From a bacterium (lineage in GTDB: Bacteria > Patescibacteriota > Microgenomatia > Daviesbacterales > UBA10151): 64,000 bases of DNA. Below the pieces are notes generated by a model. That model was not told where the DNA came from and searched no databases. It worked only from the letters and a program-made list of their open reading frames with translations. Of the stretch, positions 27,450 through 37,647 are shown one piece after another. The translations under genes and the position numbers were made by a program. Where the stretch lies: positions 462,997 through 526,996 of the forward strand of contig JAJYNN010000002.1 in the NCBI GenBank assembly GCA_021786315.1, given 5' to 3'. Position 1 is the stretch's first letter. Each line of letters opens with the position of its first letter.

Positions 27450-27552
27450 AACGGGTACCCATTCTATCGGGATTCTTACGCGTTTGCAACTTAATTCTTA
27501 CTCTAGTAGAAGGAGACTGACAAGATATAAAAAGCAGTTTTAAGGATTTCCC

Positions 27553-28137
27553 TTATCTAGAAACGAATGGGTTGTCTTTAATAAAAAATCTTAAAGGAAG
27601 GTCAATACTTTTAGTAATCCCTATCCTGGTAGAGGTAATAATTTCTACCTTCTGGTCTGATTCTTGAATGATTATGGGACCCCTGGTCAATTCTGCGCCG
27701 TTTAATTTGATATCTATCCCCATTGCTTGAGTTAGTTTAGCCGGACCGCTGCATAAGTTTTCAATATCCTCCACTCCCCGCCTCTTTTTCATCAATTCGA
27801 TACCTTCAAGAGGCTCTAATGATCTTATCAACACCCCTTCTCCTTTTCCTTTGGGTCCGGTAACTGTGTTGAAGCAGTAATACATACCATAGGTAAAATA
27901 AACATAAGCGCGACCCGGAGAATCAAACATCACAGCATTTCTTGGCGTTCGGCCTTTATAAGAGTGTGAAGATAAATCTCCGGCACTCAGATAAGCTTCT
28001 GTTTCGACAATTTTACCAACAGTGATTCCCTCCGGAAGATTTGTTACCAGGAAGCAACCTAAGAGCTCTTTAGCTACAGTTTCAGCTTTACGGGAATAAA
28101 AAGACCTGGGGAGTACCATTTTTACCCATTCTAACAC
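27553..28137 (-). CDS. DNA-3-methyladenine glycosylase (Mpg/AAG family)
   Basis: [45 protein letters not shown] typical of MPG. Confidence 0.8.
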   Translation of the reverse strand: MLEWVKMVLPRSFYSRKAETVAKELLGCFLVTNLPEGITVGKIVETEAYLSAGDLSSHSYKGRTPRNAVMFDSPGRAYVYFTYGMYYCFNTVTGPKGKGEGVLIRSLEPLEGIELMKKRRGVEDIENLCSGPAKLTQAMGIDIKLNGAELTRGPIIIQESDQKVEIITSTRIGITKSIDLPLRFFIKDNPFVSR

Positions 28138-28191
28138 GATTCATACCTAGCTTTTGTTTATTTTTAAACGCTAGAGGCTAACATAAAGCTT

Positions 28192-28443
28192 ATGAACATC
28201 CTTTCATGGATAGTTTTCGGACTGATTGTGGGAGTCATTGCCCACTATTTGGATCCGCGCCGGAATCAGGGGGGATTGTTGGGGACAACCCTTCTTGGGA
28301 TTTTGGGGGCTCTTCTTGGTGGGTTCCTGGGAGATTTGATCTTTGGGGTAGGAGTAACAGGTTTTAACCTCTCCTCCTTTATCGTGGCGGTCATCGGCGC
28401 GTTAGTCCTTTTATTTATCAGCCGGGCTGTCAGACAAGCATAA
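28192..28443 (+). CDS. GlsB/YeaQ/YmgE-family (transglycosylase-associated) small membrane protein
   Basis: LLGTTLLGILGALLGGFLGDLIFG glycine-zipper motif. Confidence 0.75.
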   Translation: MNILSWIVFGLIVGVIAHYLDPRRNQGGLLGTTLLGILGALLGGFLGDLIFGVGVTGFNLSSFIVAVIGALVLLFISRAVRQA

Positions 28444-28532
28444 AGAATCTAACGGAATCCTTACGGATAATTTATTGGTTTGTTACGCCCTGTCTCTAAA
28501 ATCAAGTTTGTAAGAATGTAAGATTTTTCACT

Positions 28533-29219
28533 ATGCAGCAGCTATATTCTCTGCCATCTTTGGAACTATTTTTCTCGCAATTCGACCTTCAACATTTTAA
28601 AAAGAGGGATTCGATCCTTCAGGCAGAGACTAACCCCATGTACGTATATTTTGTAAAGAGCGGGTATATCCGGGTATACCGTGTTTCTGAGGATGGCGAA
28701 GAACTTACCCTGGTCATACTTAAACCGGGCGACTTATTCCCCTTTGTCTGGTCAGAAAATGATCTCCCCAACCATTATTATTTGGAAGCATTGACTCCGG
28801 TTGATGTTCTAAAGGTCCCCAAGGAGAAGTTTTTGTCATTTTTGGAGTCACAACCAAGGCTTACTTATGAGCTCACAAGCTATCTTCTAGTCCGTTTCGG
28901 AGGACTCTTAACGAGAATGGAATATTTAATTTTTGGTAACGCCTATACCAAAGTGGCTGCTACCTTACTGGTATGTGCGAAAAGCTTTGGTGAGCAGCAA
29001 GGCAACCAGGTTATGGTTAATTTGCCCTTAACCCACAAGGATATTGCCACTATGGTGGGAATTACCCGGGAAACTACCTGCCTGGAGATGAAAAAGTTAG
29101 AACGCCAGGGGTTAATTTCCCACCAGGGCCGTTATTTCATTATTAAGGATCTTCAGGGCTTGGAACACGAATCCCTTCTGGACGAGGAGCAAGACTCCTT
29201 CTTAAACCATTCGTTGTAA
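28533..29219 (+). CDS. Crp/Fnr-family transcriptional regulator
   Basis: cNMP-binding beta-roll and C-terminal HTH THKDIATMVGITRETTCLEMKKLERQGLI. Confidence 0.75.
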   Translation: MQQLYSLPSLELFFSQFDLQHFKKRDSILQAETNPMYVYFVKSGYIRVYRVSEDGEELTLVILKPGDLFPFVWSENDLPNHYYLEALTPVDVLKVPKEKFLSFLESQPRLTYELTSYLLVRFGGLLTRMEYLIFGNAYTKVAATLLVCAKSFGEQQGNQVMVNLPLTHKDIATMVGITRETTCLEMKKLERQGLISHQGRYFIIKDLQGLEHESLLDEEQDSFLNHSL

Positions 29220-29221
29220 TT

Positions 29222-30979
29222 TTATTTAATTTCCAGTGGCTGGTTTTGTGATAAACGCGAATAGACATAGGCCGTTTGGTCGGAAGGTGATAAAAGATAA
29301 GCCTGCCGGGCGGCCATTAATGCTTCATCCGTCTTTTTCAGATTATAGTCAGCTATGGTCAAAATTAACCAAAGCTTTGCATTGTACGGAAGGAGTTTAA
29401 GTGATTCTGTAGTAAAATCGCGGGCTTTCTGGTTGTCTTTATCCTGGAAAAGCAGAATATTGGCGTAGTTTTCATAAGCCAAGTAATATTGGCCGTTATC
29501 GATAGCCTTTTTGTAGTATTCCTTAGCTTTTTGGTAATCTCCCCTTCTTTCGGCAACTACCCCTAAATTATTCCAGTTAGTCCACCATTTTGGGGCCAGC
29601 TGGGCAGATTTTTCAAAATGGATGGCCGCTTCATCCATCTGCCCGTGTCTAAATAGCTCCACCCCGTAATTGTTTTCCAAATCAAAGCTGTTTTGGGAAA
29701 CCTTAATATCGTGGCCATATAAAGTTAAGCCGTCTTTCCAGTCGAAATTACGGATAAAAGTTCGTGCTGAGAGGGCGAGAATGATTACCAGGAGACAGGC
29801 GGTAAAAATTTTCAATTTCCAGGTACCAATTTTCAATGAATTTTCAATTTTGGAATTTGCAAAGATGGTGCCAGCCATACCTAGTAGCCCCACCATGGGA
29901 AGGTAAAACCAGCGGTCAGAATAAGTTAAGTCCAAGGGAAAAATTTGCAGATGCATCCCTAAGCCTGTTGTAAACCAGACAAAGAAAAATAAATAAGCTT
30001 TAAGGTCTTCACTTTTCTTTTTCCACAAAATTGCCGCAATTGATACTAAAATAACAAACAAGGTTAGATCCACCATTAGCGGCATCGTAAAGTTATTCCA
30101 GGTTAAGGATTTCACTGCCCAGTGCTGGTTAATGGCTAGATTCTTGGGAAAAACAAAAGTTTTAAGGTAGGAAAAAATTATTTTGGGGATGCTTAAAATC
30201 CGTTCCGAAAGCGGCATGACGGTAATCGGGGACAATCCGTGTTTATTAAAGAAGATCCCGGCCACCACAAACCTCAGGAATGAATATACCCCGGCTACGG
30301 TGCAAATAGCACCGATATACCGCAAAAGTTCGTGGCGCTTAAAGAATAAAAAGTAAGCTCCAATGATTATTATAAAACCAACCCCGGTTTCTTTGGAAAG
30401 TAACGAAGCAAGCAGCAGTCCGGTCAAAATTAACCACCTCTTGAGGCTGATAATCCCTTTTGTGGCATAATTTAATCCCAAAACGCCAAAGAAAAAGAAC
30501 AGGATATCCTGCAGGTCAGAGATATAAACAACGGTTTCGGTGTTTAGAGGATGAACTAAAAAAATTAACGCCAGGAAAAAGGATAAAGTCTCCTTTTTGA
30601 GAATGCGCTTAAGAATCAGGAAAACAATTACTGAACTTGCAAGGTGTATGGATACCTGGAGAAGGTGGAAAAAGAAGGCATTGGGGCCAAAAACTGTATA
30701 AATTAAGGAAAAGAAAACGGTCATTAGCGGCTTGTAATATAATCCCCCTAACGTACCTGAGCCGCCGCTGTTAAAGGTGCTTTCAGAAAAAAACTGGAAA
30801 ATATTGCCGATGGAGTGTACCGGTAAGTTGTTTAAAACCTGTTCCTCATCATCCCAGACAAAACCATTAAAAAGACTGTTAAAATAAAGAAGTAAACCGA
30901 TTACTATTAGTAGAATCACCCATTTATTTTTCATGAAAGCAGAGTTAACCTTAACAGTATAGCTTGTTTTGATAATCAA
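29222..30979 (-). CDS. GT-C-like polytopic membrane glycosyltransferase with C-terminal TPR repeats (TMTC/PMT-like)
   Basis: ~11 TMs; FVWDDEEQV first-loop acidic motif; C-terminal TPR repeats; an in-frame heptamer repeat insert. Confidence 0.55.
   Translation of the reverse strand: MIIKTSYTVKVNSAFMKNKWVILLIVIGLLLYFNSLFNGFVWDDEEQVLNNLPVHSIGNIFQFFSESTFNSGGSGTLGGLYYKPLMTVFFSLIYTVFGPNAFFFHLLQVSIHLASSVIVFLILKRILKKETLSFFLALIFLVHPLNTETVVYISDLQDILFFFFGVLGLNYATKGIISLKRWLILTGLLLASLLSKETGVGFIIIIGAYFLFFKRHELLRYIGAICTVAGVYSFLRFVVAGIFFNKHGLSPITVMPLSERILSIPKIIFSYLKTFVFPKNLAINQHWAVKSLTWNNFTMPLMVDLTLFVILVSIAAILWKKKSEDLKAYLFFFVWFTTGLGMHLQIFPLDLTYSDRWFYLPMVGLLGMAGTIFANSKIENSLKIGTWKLKIFTACLLVIILALSARTFIRNFDWKDGLTLYGHDIKVSQNSFDLENNYGVELFRHGQMDEAAIHFEKSAQLAPKWWTNWNNLGVVAERRGDYQKAKEYYKKAIDNGQYYLAYENYANILLFQDKDNQKARDFTTESLKLLPYNAKLWLILTIADYNLKKTDEALMAARQAYLLSPSDQTAYVYSRLSQNQPLEIK
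29806..29860. repeat. AATTTTC-type heptamer array inside the 29222..30979 coding sequence (in-frame)
   Basis: aaaattttcaatttccaggtaccaattttcaatgaattttcaattttggaatttgc. Confidence 0.5.
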
Positions 30980-30982
30980 TGT

Positions 30983-31735
30983 ATGAAGTATTTGAACGAA
31001 TATATCAAAGTTGCTCCCATGTCTCTCGCCTTCTGGCGGGTTCTTGAGGCTAATGCGCTTGGTAAAGTTAAACTCTCCCGTCCAATTCTAGATATCGGCT
31101 GTGGCTTTGGAGAGTTTTCCGGTGTCTTTTTTAAAAGTTTCGTTGAAGTGGGTGTTGATATTTCAGAGAGGGATTTATTGCTGGCGAAGGAAAAACAAAA
31201 ATATAAAAAATTAATTTTAGCAGATGCCCGGCAGCTACCTTTTCCTAACAATAAATTTAAAAGCGTAATCTCTATTAGCGTTCTGGAACATATCCCGGAA
31301 GTCGAAACGGTTTTTCCTGAAATCTTTCGAGTTTTACAGCCGGGAGGAATCTTTACTTTTACCGTTCCCACCTCAGTCCTCAATGACGCATTGATCTTGC
31401 CCCCGCCCCGCGGGTGGTGGTTAAAGGTTTACCACTGGTCTTTTAAACATAAAGTTATTTTACCGAAAAATACCTGGATTAACTGGTGTAAAAAAGCTGG
31501 ATTTGAAATCAAAGAGTCCTCAGGGACGATTTCCCGAAAACAATTACTTGCTTTTCAAGCAGGTCTCCCTTTGGCTTTACCATCGCAAATACATAGGTTG
31601 TTTTTTACCAAGAGATTAATAGTTTTAACTTCTTTCCGAAGATGGTTGCTAAGAAAAGTCATTTACATTTTAGGAGAGACTTCAACTCCATCAGATGCCA
31701 ACATCATTATTATCGCCCAAAAACCAAAATCATGA
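30983..31735 (+). CDS. Class I SAM-dependent methyltransferase
   Basis: ILDIGCGFGEF motif I and LQPGGIFTFTVP post-II motif. Confidence 0.7.
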   Translation: MKYLNEYIKVAPMSLAFWRVLEANALGKVKLSRPILDIGCGFGEFSGVFFKSFVEVGVDISERDLLLAKEKQKYKKLILADARQLPFPNNKFKSVISISVLEHIPEVETVFPEIFRVLQPGGIFTFTVPTSVLNDALILPPPRGWWLKVYHWSFKHKVILPKNTWINWCKKAGFEIKESSGTISRKQLLAFQAGLPLALPSQIHRLFFTKRLIVLTSFRRWLLRKVIYILGETSTPSDANIIIIAQKPKS

Positions 31736-32559
31736 CCCGTTGCCCTATTTGTTTATCCTCTAAATTTAAAAATATTTTCTCGACGAGAGCCTCTGCACGA
31801 AATAAAGGTAAATATCAAATTACCCAGTGTTGTAAATGCCATCTGGGGGTTTTGACACCCTCACTAAATGAAGAAGAATTAAAGCAAATTTACCAGGAGA
31901 ATTATTTTAAAGATGAGGCCCCGGTAGAAAATTCGGATGCGGCAGTTAAATTTCAGTTTGTTAGGAGACATCTACCGGCTGATTTTAAACTGCTTGATTT
32001 TGGGTGTGGGGTGGGGAACTTTTTGGGTATTTGCCAAAAAGAAGGTTTTTTTTGCCAAGGGTTTGATATGTCTGAATTTGCGGCAAAATATGTATCACAA
32101 AAATATAAGATACCTGTAAAGACTGGTAAACTACAAAAAGGATTGTTTCCTGCTAACTTTTTTGATGCAATAGTTGTCTTTGACGTTATTGAACATATCT
32201 CGGATTTTTCAGAAGCAATTCGATTATGGAACCTGTGGTTAAAAAAAGGAGGAACATTATTTATTACAACTCCAAACTTAGAAAGTTTAGATGCAAAAAT
32301 ATTAGGAAGATTTTGGTATGGTTATCAAAAAATACCACAACATCTTAATTATTTTAATCCTGATTCCATTAAAATTTTGTTAAATAGATATCATTTTGCC
32401 AATATCAAAATTAGGGGTTGGGGATTTAGCCGGAATTTAGAATTTTTTGCCCAAAAATTATTTCGCCGAAGTCATATACCTATACTTGGTGTACTTCTTA
32501 GAAGGATAAATGTTTTTTTCCCTATAGTTGATATGATGGTTATAGCCCAAAAAGACTAA
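31732..32559 (+). CDS. Class I SAM-dependent methyltransferase with N-terminal zinc ribbon; start reassigned to the ATG overlapping the upstream stop (ATGA)
   Basis: CPICLSSKF..CCKCHLGVL ribbon; LLDFGCGVGNFLG motif I; LKKGGTLFITTPN. Confidence 0.65.
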   Translation: MTRCPICLSSKFKNIFSTRASARNKGKYQITQCCKCHLGVLTPSLNEEELKQIYQENYFKDEAPVENSDAAVKFQFVRRHLPADFKLLDFGCGVGNFLGICQKEGFFCQGFDMSEFAAKYVSQKYKIPVKTGKLQKGLFPANFFDAIVVFDVIEHISDFSEAIRLWNLWLKKGGTLFITTPNLESLDAKILGRFWYGYQKIPQHLNYFNPDSIKILLNRYHFANIKIRGWGFSRNLEFFAQKLFRRSHIPILGVLLRRINVFFPIVDMMVIAQKD

Positions 32560-32560
32560 T

Positions 32561-34075
32561 ATGAAGTTCCTCGCACTTTTTCTGCTTATCGCTATAGCAA
32601 CTTCGTTCTCCTTAAGTTGGCTTTTAAACGATCCGCCTGTTTGGCCTGATGAAGCAATTTATGCGGATATAGCGGCAAATGTTTTAAACGAAAATAGATT
32701 AGGTACGAACCTTTGGCAAGGAACGATCCCGAATGTTGAACAGCATGCCTTCTGGTATCCTCCGGCTTTTTTCTATACGCTTTCTCTCTGGTTTAAAGTT
32801 ACAGGTTTCTCAATCGTTAGCCAGAGAACTCTGTCGGTTATTGTGGGGATTGGTTTTATATTGTTCTTCTACTTTGCGGGGAGAAATATTCTTGCCGGAA
32901 TGGGAAAGTATTCAAAAGTTTCTGATAGTTGGTTATTAATTTTCGTGATCGGGGCAATGATGGTAGATTTTATTTTCCAAAAAGCTAATCGAATCAGCCG
33001 TCCGGAGATTTTTGTGCTGTTTTGGGGGAGCTTGGCAACTCTATTTATGAGCAAATTATGGTTGGGTAAATCAACCAGGCTTAAGGAATACTTTTGGCTT
33101 GTACTTAGCGGTCTCTGTAGCGCTATGGCTTTTTTAAACCACACTATTGGAGCCTTCTTTTTTATTTTCTTACTAACCTCCCTTTTTATATATAACTCTT
33201 GGAGAGTCATTAAGTCATTTAAATTGTATTTATTTATACTCTCTTTCATACTTCCTCTGGTAATTTGGCTTATCAGCATTTTCCCTGATATTGCTATTCT
33301 TAAAGAACAGCTTTTTTTAGCAACGGTCAGGAAAAATCTGGAGGAGCCTTGGCTTTGGTCAGAGCTACTTAATCAAGGCTGGCTCCACCGGTTGATCTTA
33401 GCCAGTTATCTTACAATTACCTTTCTTTTCTTCCTGCTGTCTTTTAATCGCAGAAAGGAGCAACTACTCGTTTCAATAGGGCTAATTTTGTCTTGGGGCT
33501 TTTCCCTCTACGGCAAAATGGGATGGTACCTCGTTTTTCCTATCCCCTTTGTTTATTTGTCACTCCTGTTATTTTTAAAAAGAACATCTGCCAGATGGGA
33601 AGAAGGTAGATCGATCGGTAAAGAGTTATTTTTGTTTGCTGTTGCTGTAACTATAATCATCAGTGTACTAAACATAAACGTCAGTTATATCTCCAATATG
33701 AAATTTTTAGAGGATGACGAATACTCTTATGAAAGTTTTACTAAAGAGATACTGGAAAAAATCCCTGATCAAAAAACAGTATTTCTTTCAGCTATTCCTG
33801 ACCCTTACTTTGAATTTAAAAATCTCAAAAGATCAAACAGACTCTACGAGTTTCCTGTCTTACAAACTTCAAAAAAGAATTACCTTGATGTTTTAAATAA
33901 CACTGATTATATAATTTACAACGGCTCGTACGATTACTTGGTATTTGGAAATTTTTTACAAAGATATATTCTAAAAAATCAGTTACGGATCGAGAGAGTC
34001 GGGCATGCGAACCAATATGAGTTTTTAATTATTGAACTGAAGCCAAGAGACCAAAGGGATCAGTTACTTCAATGA
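32561..34075 (+). CDS. GT-C-like membrane glycosyltransferase (ArnT/PMT, GT39/GT83-like)
   Basis: PVWPDEAIYADIAANV resembles the ArnT/PMT first-loop DE..Y.EI motif; >10 TMs. Confidence 0.6.
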   Translation: MKFLALFLLIAIATSFSLSWLLNDPPVWPDEAIYADIAANVLNENRLGTNLWQGTIPNVEQHAFWYPPAFFYTLSLWFKVTGFSIVSQRTLSVIVGIGFILFFYFAGRNILAGMGKYSKVSDSWLLIFVIGAMMVDFIFQKANRISRPEIFVLFWGSLATLFMSKLWLGKSTRLKEYFWLVLSGLCSAMAFLNHTIGAFFFIFLLTSLFIYNSWRVIKSFKLYLFILSFILPLVIWLISIFPDIAILKEQLFLATVRKNLEEPWLWSELLNQGWLHRLILASYLTITFLFFLLSFNRRKEQLLVSIGLILSWGFSLYGKMGWYLVFPIPFVYLSLLLFLKRTSARWEEGRSIGKELFLFAVAVTIIISVLNINVSYISNMKFLEDDEYSYESFTKEILEKIPDQKTVFLSAIPDPYFEFKNLKRSNRLYEFPVLQTSKKNYLDVLNNTDYIIYNGSYDYLVFGNFLQRYILKNQLRIERVGHANQYEFLIIELKPRDQRDQLLQ

Positions 34076-35622
34076 CAATTTTTAAAAAACCATTATTAGG
34101 ATTAATTATAATTTGTTTGACGGCCGCTATATTCCGCTTGTTCTTTTTTAATCTAATTGAATTTAAGTATGACGAAGCATATACGGTTTTCCAAATGGAG
34201 CAGTTTTACATGCATCCTTACTTAATGCAGGTCGGTCCTCCCCAAAGCACGGGTGTTTACAACCCGCCTTTATTTAACTTCCTGATGATTATTTTATCTT
34301 TATTCTCCAGGAGCCCGCAGTATTTAAGCTTTTTGATTGCATTCATCAACGTAATCTTTGCAGGCATTTTTTATCTTGTGGTCAGGAAGTTTTATGGAAA
34401 ATTTACAGGGGTTATTGCCGGATTGCTTTTAGCCACTTCCCCCTGGAATATAGTCTTTTCCCGTAAAATTTGGATTCCTGACCTTTTAGGGCCGATGATG
34501 GTTATTGTTTTCTACTATCTCCATCAGGTGGTTTTGGCAAGGAAAGAAAAAGCCGTACTACCGCTGTTTATATTTTTAACTTTAATTCCCCAGATGCATG
34601 CTTCCGGGTTATTTTTTACCGCCGCTACTTTATTAATCTTTTTAATAACAAAAACAAAGCTTAATTTCAGGAAAGCTTTAATCGGAGTTGGTATCGGGTT
34701 AATTCCGGCAACGCCCTATATTATCCGCCAGCTTACATCTACCCCATTTTGTGTGGATTGCGTGGCATTTTTTACCTATCAGGGAGGAGCAAGGCCTTTT
34801 GACTTGGAAAACTTTCTCCGGCCGTTTAATTTCCTGGGTGGCTTTAATTTCCAAATTTTACTCGGTGAAAGCTACCCTGAATTTTTAAACGTACTTCCCT
34901 TCGGCAAAATTTTGTCTGTCCTATTTGTCGGTGAGATCTTATCTGTAATTGCCGCGGCATTTTGGATAGTTAAATCCCAAATAAAGTATCTGTTTCTTGT
35001 TTTGTATCTAGTTATCATCCCCATCCTCTACCTGGCAACTAAAACTCCAGCCTACATGCACTACTTTGTGGTTTTAAGCTTAATGGTTATCCTACTGCAG
35101 TCTCTCTTCTTTAAATCTATCCTAGAAGTCAAGAAGAACCAAACTACAATAGTTCTTATAGCAGCACTAATAGGCATTGTTCTGGCCGCTAACGTCATTT
35201 TTGAAATCTCATTGATCAAGTTCTTGTCATCAAAACAAAAAATTAACGGTGATTACGGTCCGGTTTTTTCTGTGACTCAAAATTACATTAAGGACCAAAC
35301 CGAAAGTTACCAAACTCTTCCTGATTATGGATTACTAAAAAGTTATTCCTATATGTTTGCCCAAACAAAGTTTTTACACCAAAAGTTAGGTGATTATTTT
35401 GCCCAAACCGGAAGAGCGGATTTGGCAATTTCAGAATTTCAAGAAGCATTGAATGAAAACAACAACGATAAATATTCCCGGGCCAACCTTGCCTATATTG
35501 ATATGCAGACAGGTAAACTTGATGATGCCAAAAAAGAGATCAACCTATTATCTGCCCAGGATTCGACCTTGTCTGCCAGGCTGCAAAATATACTGGATAA
35601 TATCAACAATAAAACCAAATGA
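34072..35622 (+). CDS. GT-C-like membrane glycosyltransferase with C-terminal TPR-like region
   Basis: Polytopic; KYDEAYTVFQM loop motif; TPR-like C-terminus; 4-nt overlap with the upstream gene. Confidence 0.5.
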   Translation: MTIFKKPLLGLIIICLTAAIFRLFFFNLIEFKYDEAYTVFQMEQFYMHPYLMQVGPPQSTGVYNPPLFNFLMIILSLFSRSPQYLSFLIAFINVIFAGIFYLVVRKFYGKFTGVIAGLLLATSPWNIVFSRKIWIPDLLGPMMVIVFYYLHQVVLARKEKAVLPLFIFLTLIPQMHASGLFFTAATLLIFLITKTKLNFRKALIGVGIGLIPATPYIIRQLTSTPFCVDCVAFFTYQGGARPFDLENFLRPFNFLGGFNFQILLGESYPEFLNVLPFGKILSVLFVGEILSVIAAAFWIVKSQIKYLFLVLYLVIIPILYLATKTPAYMHYFVVLSLMVILLQSLFFKSILEVKKNQTTIVLIAALIGIVLAANVIFEISLIKFLSSKQKINGDYGPVFSVTQNYIKDQTESYQTLPDYGLLKSYSYMFAQTKFLHQKLGDYFAQTGRADLAISEFQEALNENNNDKYSRANLAYIDMQTGKLDDAKKEINLLSAQDSTLSARLQNILDNINNKTK

Positions 35623-37640
35623 AAGATAAAATTTTAATCGTAATTTTGGGCTTCATTTTTACTGCCGTTTTTAGCTGGCCGTTTATTACTAAACTGCCGG
35701 CTTTCTCTTACGATCGGGGGGATTACCAGCTAACCGGCGGGGCGCTGTCTTATAACGAATATAGTATCCGCACCGGAAGGATTTTTAACCGCCAAGAATA
35801 CTTTAATGGTTACCAGTTTTATCCGCAGCCTGATACCTTAGTATATTCTGACCTGCGACTGGTTCCTTCCTTGATTTATTCTCCCATCTATTGGCTTACC
35901 CACAACTTTATTTTTTCCGTCAATACAACTACTTTTTTGACTTTTGTCCTAAGTTTTATTTCCGGTTTCTACTTTCTTTACTTTTTTACCAAACACAAAT
36001 TGGCCAGCATTGTTGGTGCCTTAGTTTTTACCTTCAACCCTTTAACCTACTCCCGTTTCCCGGAACACTTTGAGCTTCTGAATAAATACTTCCTGCCCCT
36101 GGTATTTCTCTTTGCCTTTAAATTTTTCACTAAGCCGAACTTTAAAAATGCCGTCTTTTTCTTTTTATTCCTGACCCTTAATGCTTTTTCGGCCACTTAC
36201 TTTCAGCTTTTTTCTTTCTTGATTCTGCCCGTTTTTGCCTTACCTTTTGTGGTCCAAAATTTCCGGCAAAAGCATTTTGAATATTTTGGCAATCTAATTA
36301 AGTTTAGTTTGGTTTTTATTATATTTATTCCGGTCTTTTGGTACTTTGACAGCGCTTATACCAACTTTTCCAGCCTGGAAAACTCCAGGAGAACAATTAC
36401 TGAAACCTCCTTTCTCTCTGCCCGACTGATCGATTACTTTGCCTCAACGCCAAATAATTTCTTATACGGGCCGTTTGTTAAAAGCATTGAGGAATTCCGC
36501 GCTCCCTTGGATCTGCAGGGGATCTACGGCAATTTTAATTACCAGGAACATACATTGTTCCTCAATATTATTCCGATGGTTTTGTTTATTCTTGGGGCAG
36601 GTGCGTGGTATCAAAGATTTAAGAGAAAAGAACTTCCTAAAACAGAGAAAACCTTATTTGTAAGTTTTTCTGTTGTTTTGGTTTCCACCTTTCTTCTTAG
36701 TTTCGGGCCTTATTTTGAGGGCTGGAACCTGAACGAGAGCAGCTTTCCTCTGCCCTACTATCTTCTCTATAAATTCATTCCTTTCCTGGAAGGCATCAGA
36801 GCTCCTACTAGAATCCTCTTTGTTTTTTACCTCCCCTTCTCCTTATTTACCGCCTATGGGGCCATCAAACTGTTAAGAAGCGGGAAAAGGAAAACAATGA
36901 TTATTTTTGGTGTAATCCTCGCCCTTTTATGGCTGGAAAATTTTACACCCGAACCTCAGGGTAAGTCATATGATACTCAATCCGCGGTTACTCCCCAGAT
37001 AGAATCGAGAATCGCTAAATTGGAGTTTTTACAAGACAAGAATACCCTGCATTTGCCTGTTATAGCACCTTCGGGGGATATAGAGAGTATCTATCTCCCT
37101 TGGGCTGCCGAAACCCACGAGAGGATTGTTAACGGCAACCGGGGCAGTTTCTTATCGGGCGAGCAGGGAGCGTTTTTAAAGGAGCTCAGTGAGAAACTGG
37201 ATGAAGATGAAATAAAAAAACTCCTCGCTTTAAAGGTCAATTATATTGTTTTCCATAAGGATCTTCTCGGAAAAGACTTTGGGGTTTACGGAAAATGGCA
37301 AAACCTGTACCAAAAAGGGGAAATTTATGAAGACAAGGAGATAATGGTGGTGGACTTATCGAAATACAATCTGGCTTTTACTATCTGTGATTTTAATAAG
37401 GATTTTGATGTCAGTGCAAAACAAGCCCAAATAAGAGAGGGCGGGCAAACTTTTTATGTTGTAGAGCTGAAGAATAAATCTGATTGTTACTACCCGGCAA
37501 TTTACCGCGATAAGTATAAAGAGGTTGATTTTTATATTAACCTGATTAAGCATATGGCTTTGATTAAACTCCCGCCGGTAATAGAACCAAACCAGACACT
37601 AACCTTTGCTGAAGTTTATAATAACTTAAGATGGAAATAG
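35619..37640 (+). CDS. Large polytopic membrane protein (YfhO/GT-C-like), putative glycosyltransferase
   Basis: ~13 TMs then a soluble C-terminal domain; operon overlap. Confidence 0.45.
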   Translation: MKDKILIVILGFIFTAVFSWPFITKLPAFSYDRGDYQLTGGALSYNEYSIRTGRIFNRQEYFNGYQFYPQPDTLVYSDLRLVPSLIYSPIYWLTHNFIFSVNTTTFLTFVLSFISGFYFLYFFTKHKLASIVGALVFTFNPLTYSRFPEHFELLNKYFLPLVFLFAFKFFTKPNFKNAVFFFLFLTLNAFSATYFQLFSFLILPVFALPFVVQNFRQKHFEYFGNLIKFSLVFIIFIPVFWYFDSAYTNFSSLENSRRTITETSFLSARLIDYFASTPNNFLYGPFVKSIEEFRAPLDLQGIYGNFNYQEHTLFLNIIPMVLFILGAGAWYQRFKRKELPKTEKTLFVSFSVVLVSTFLLSFGPYFEGWNLNESSFPLPYYLLYKFIPFLEGIRAPTRILFVFYLPFSLFTAYGAIKLLRSGKRKTMIIFGVILALLWLENFTPEPQGKSYDTQSAVTPQIESRIAKLEFLQDKNTLHLPVIAPSGDIESIYLPWAAETHERIVNGNRGSFLSGEQGAFLKELSEKLDEDEIKKLLALKVNYIVFHKDLLGKDFGVYGKWQNLYQKGEIYEDKEIMVVDLSKYNLAFTICDFNKDFDVSAKQAQIREGGQTFYVVELKNKSDCYYPAIYRDKYKEVDFYINLIKHMALIKLPPVIEPNQTLTFAEVYNNLRWK

Positions 37641-37647
37641 ACAAATT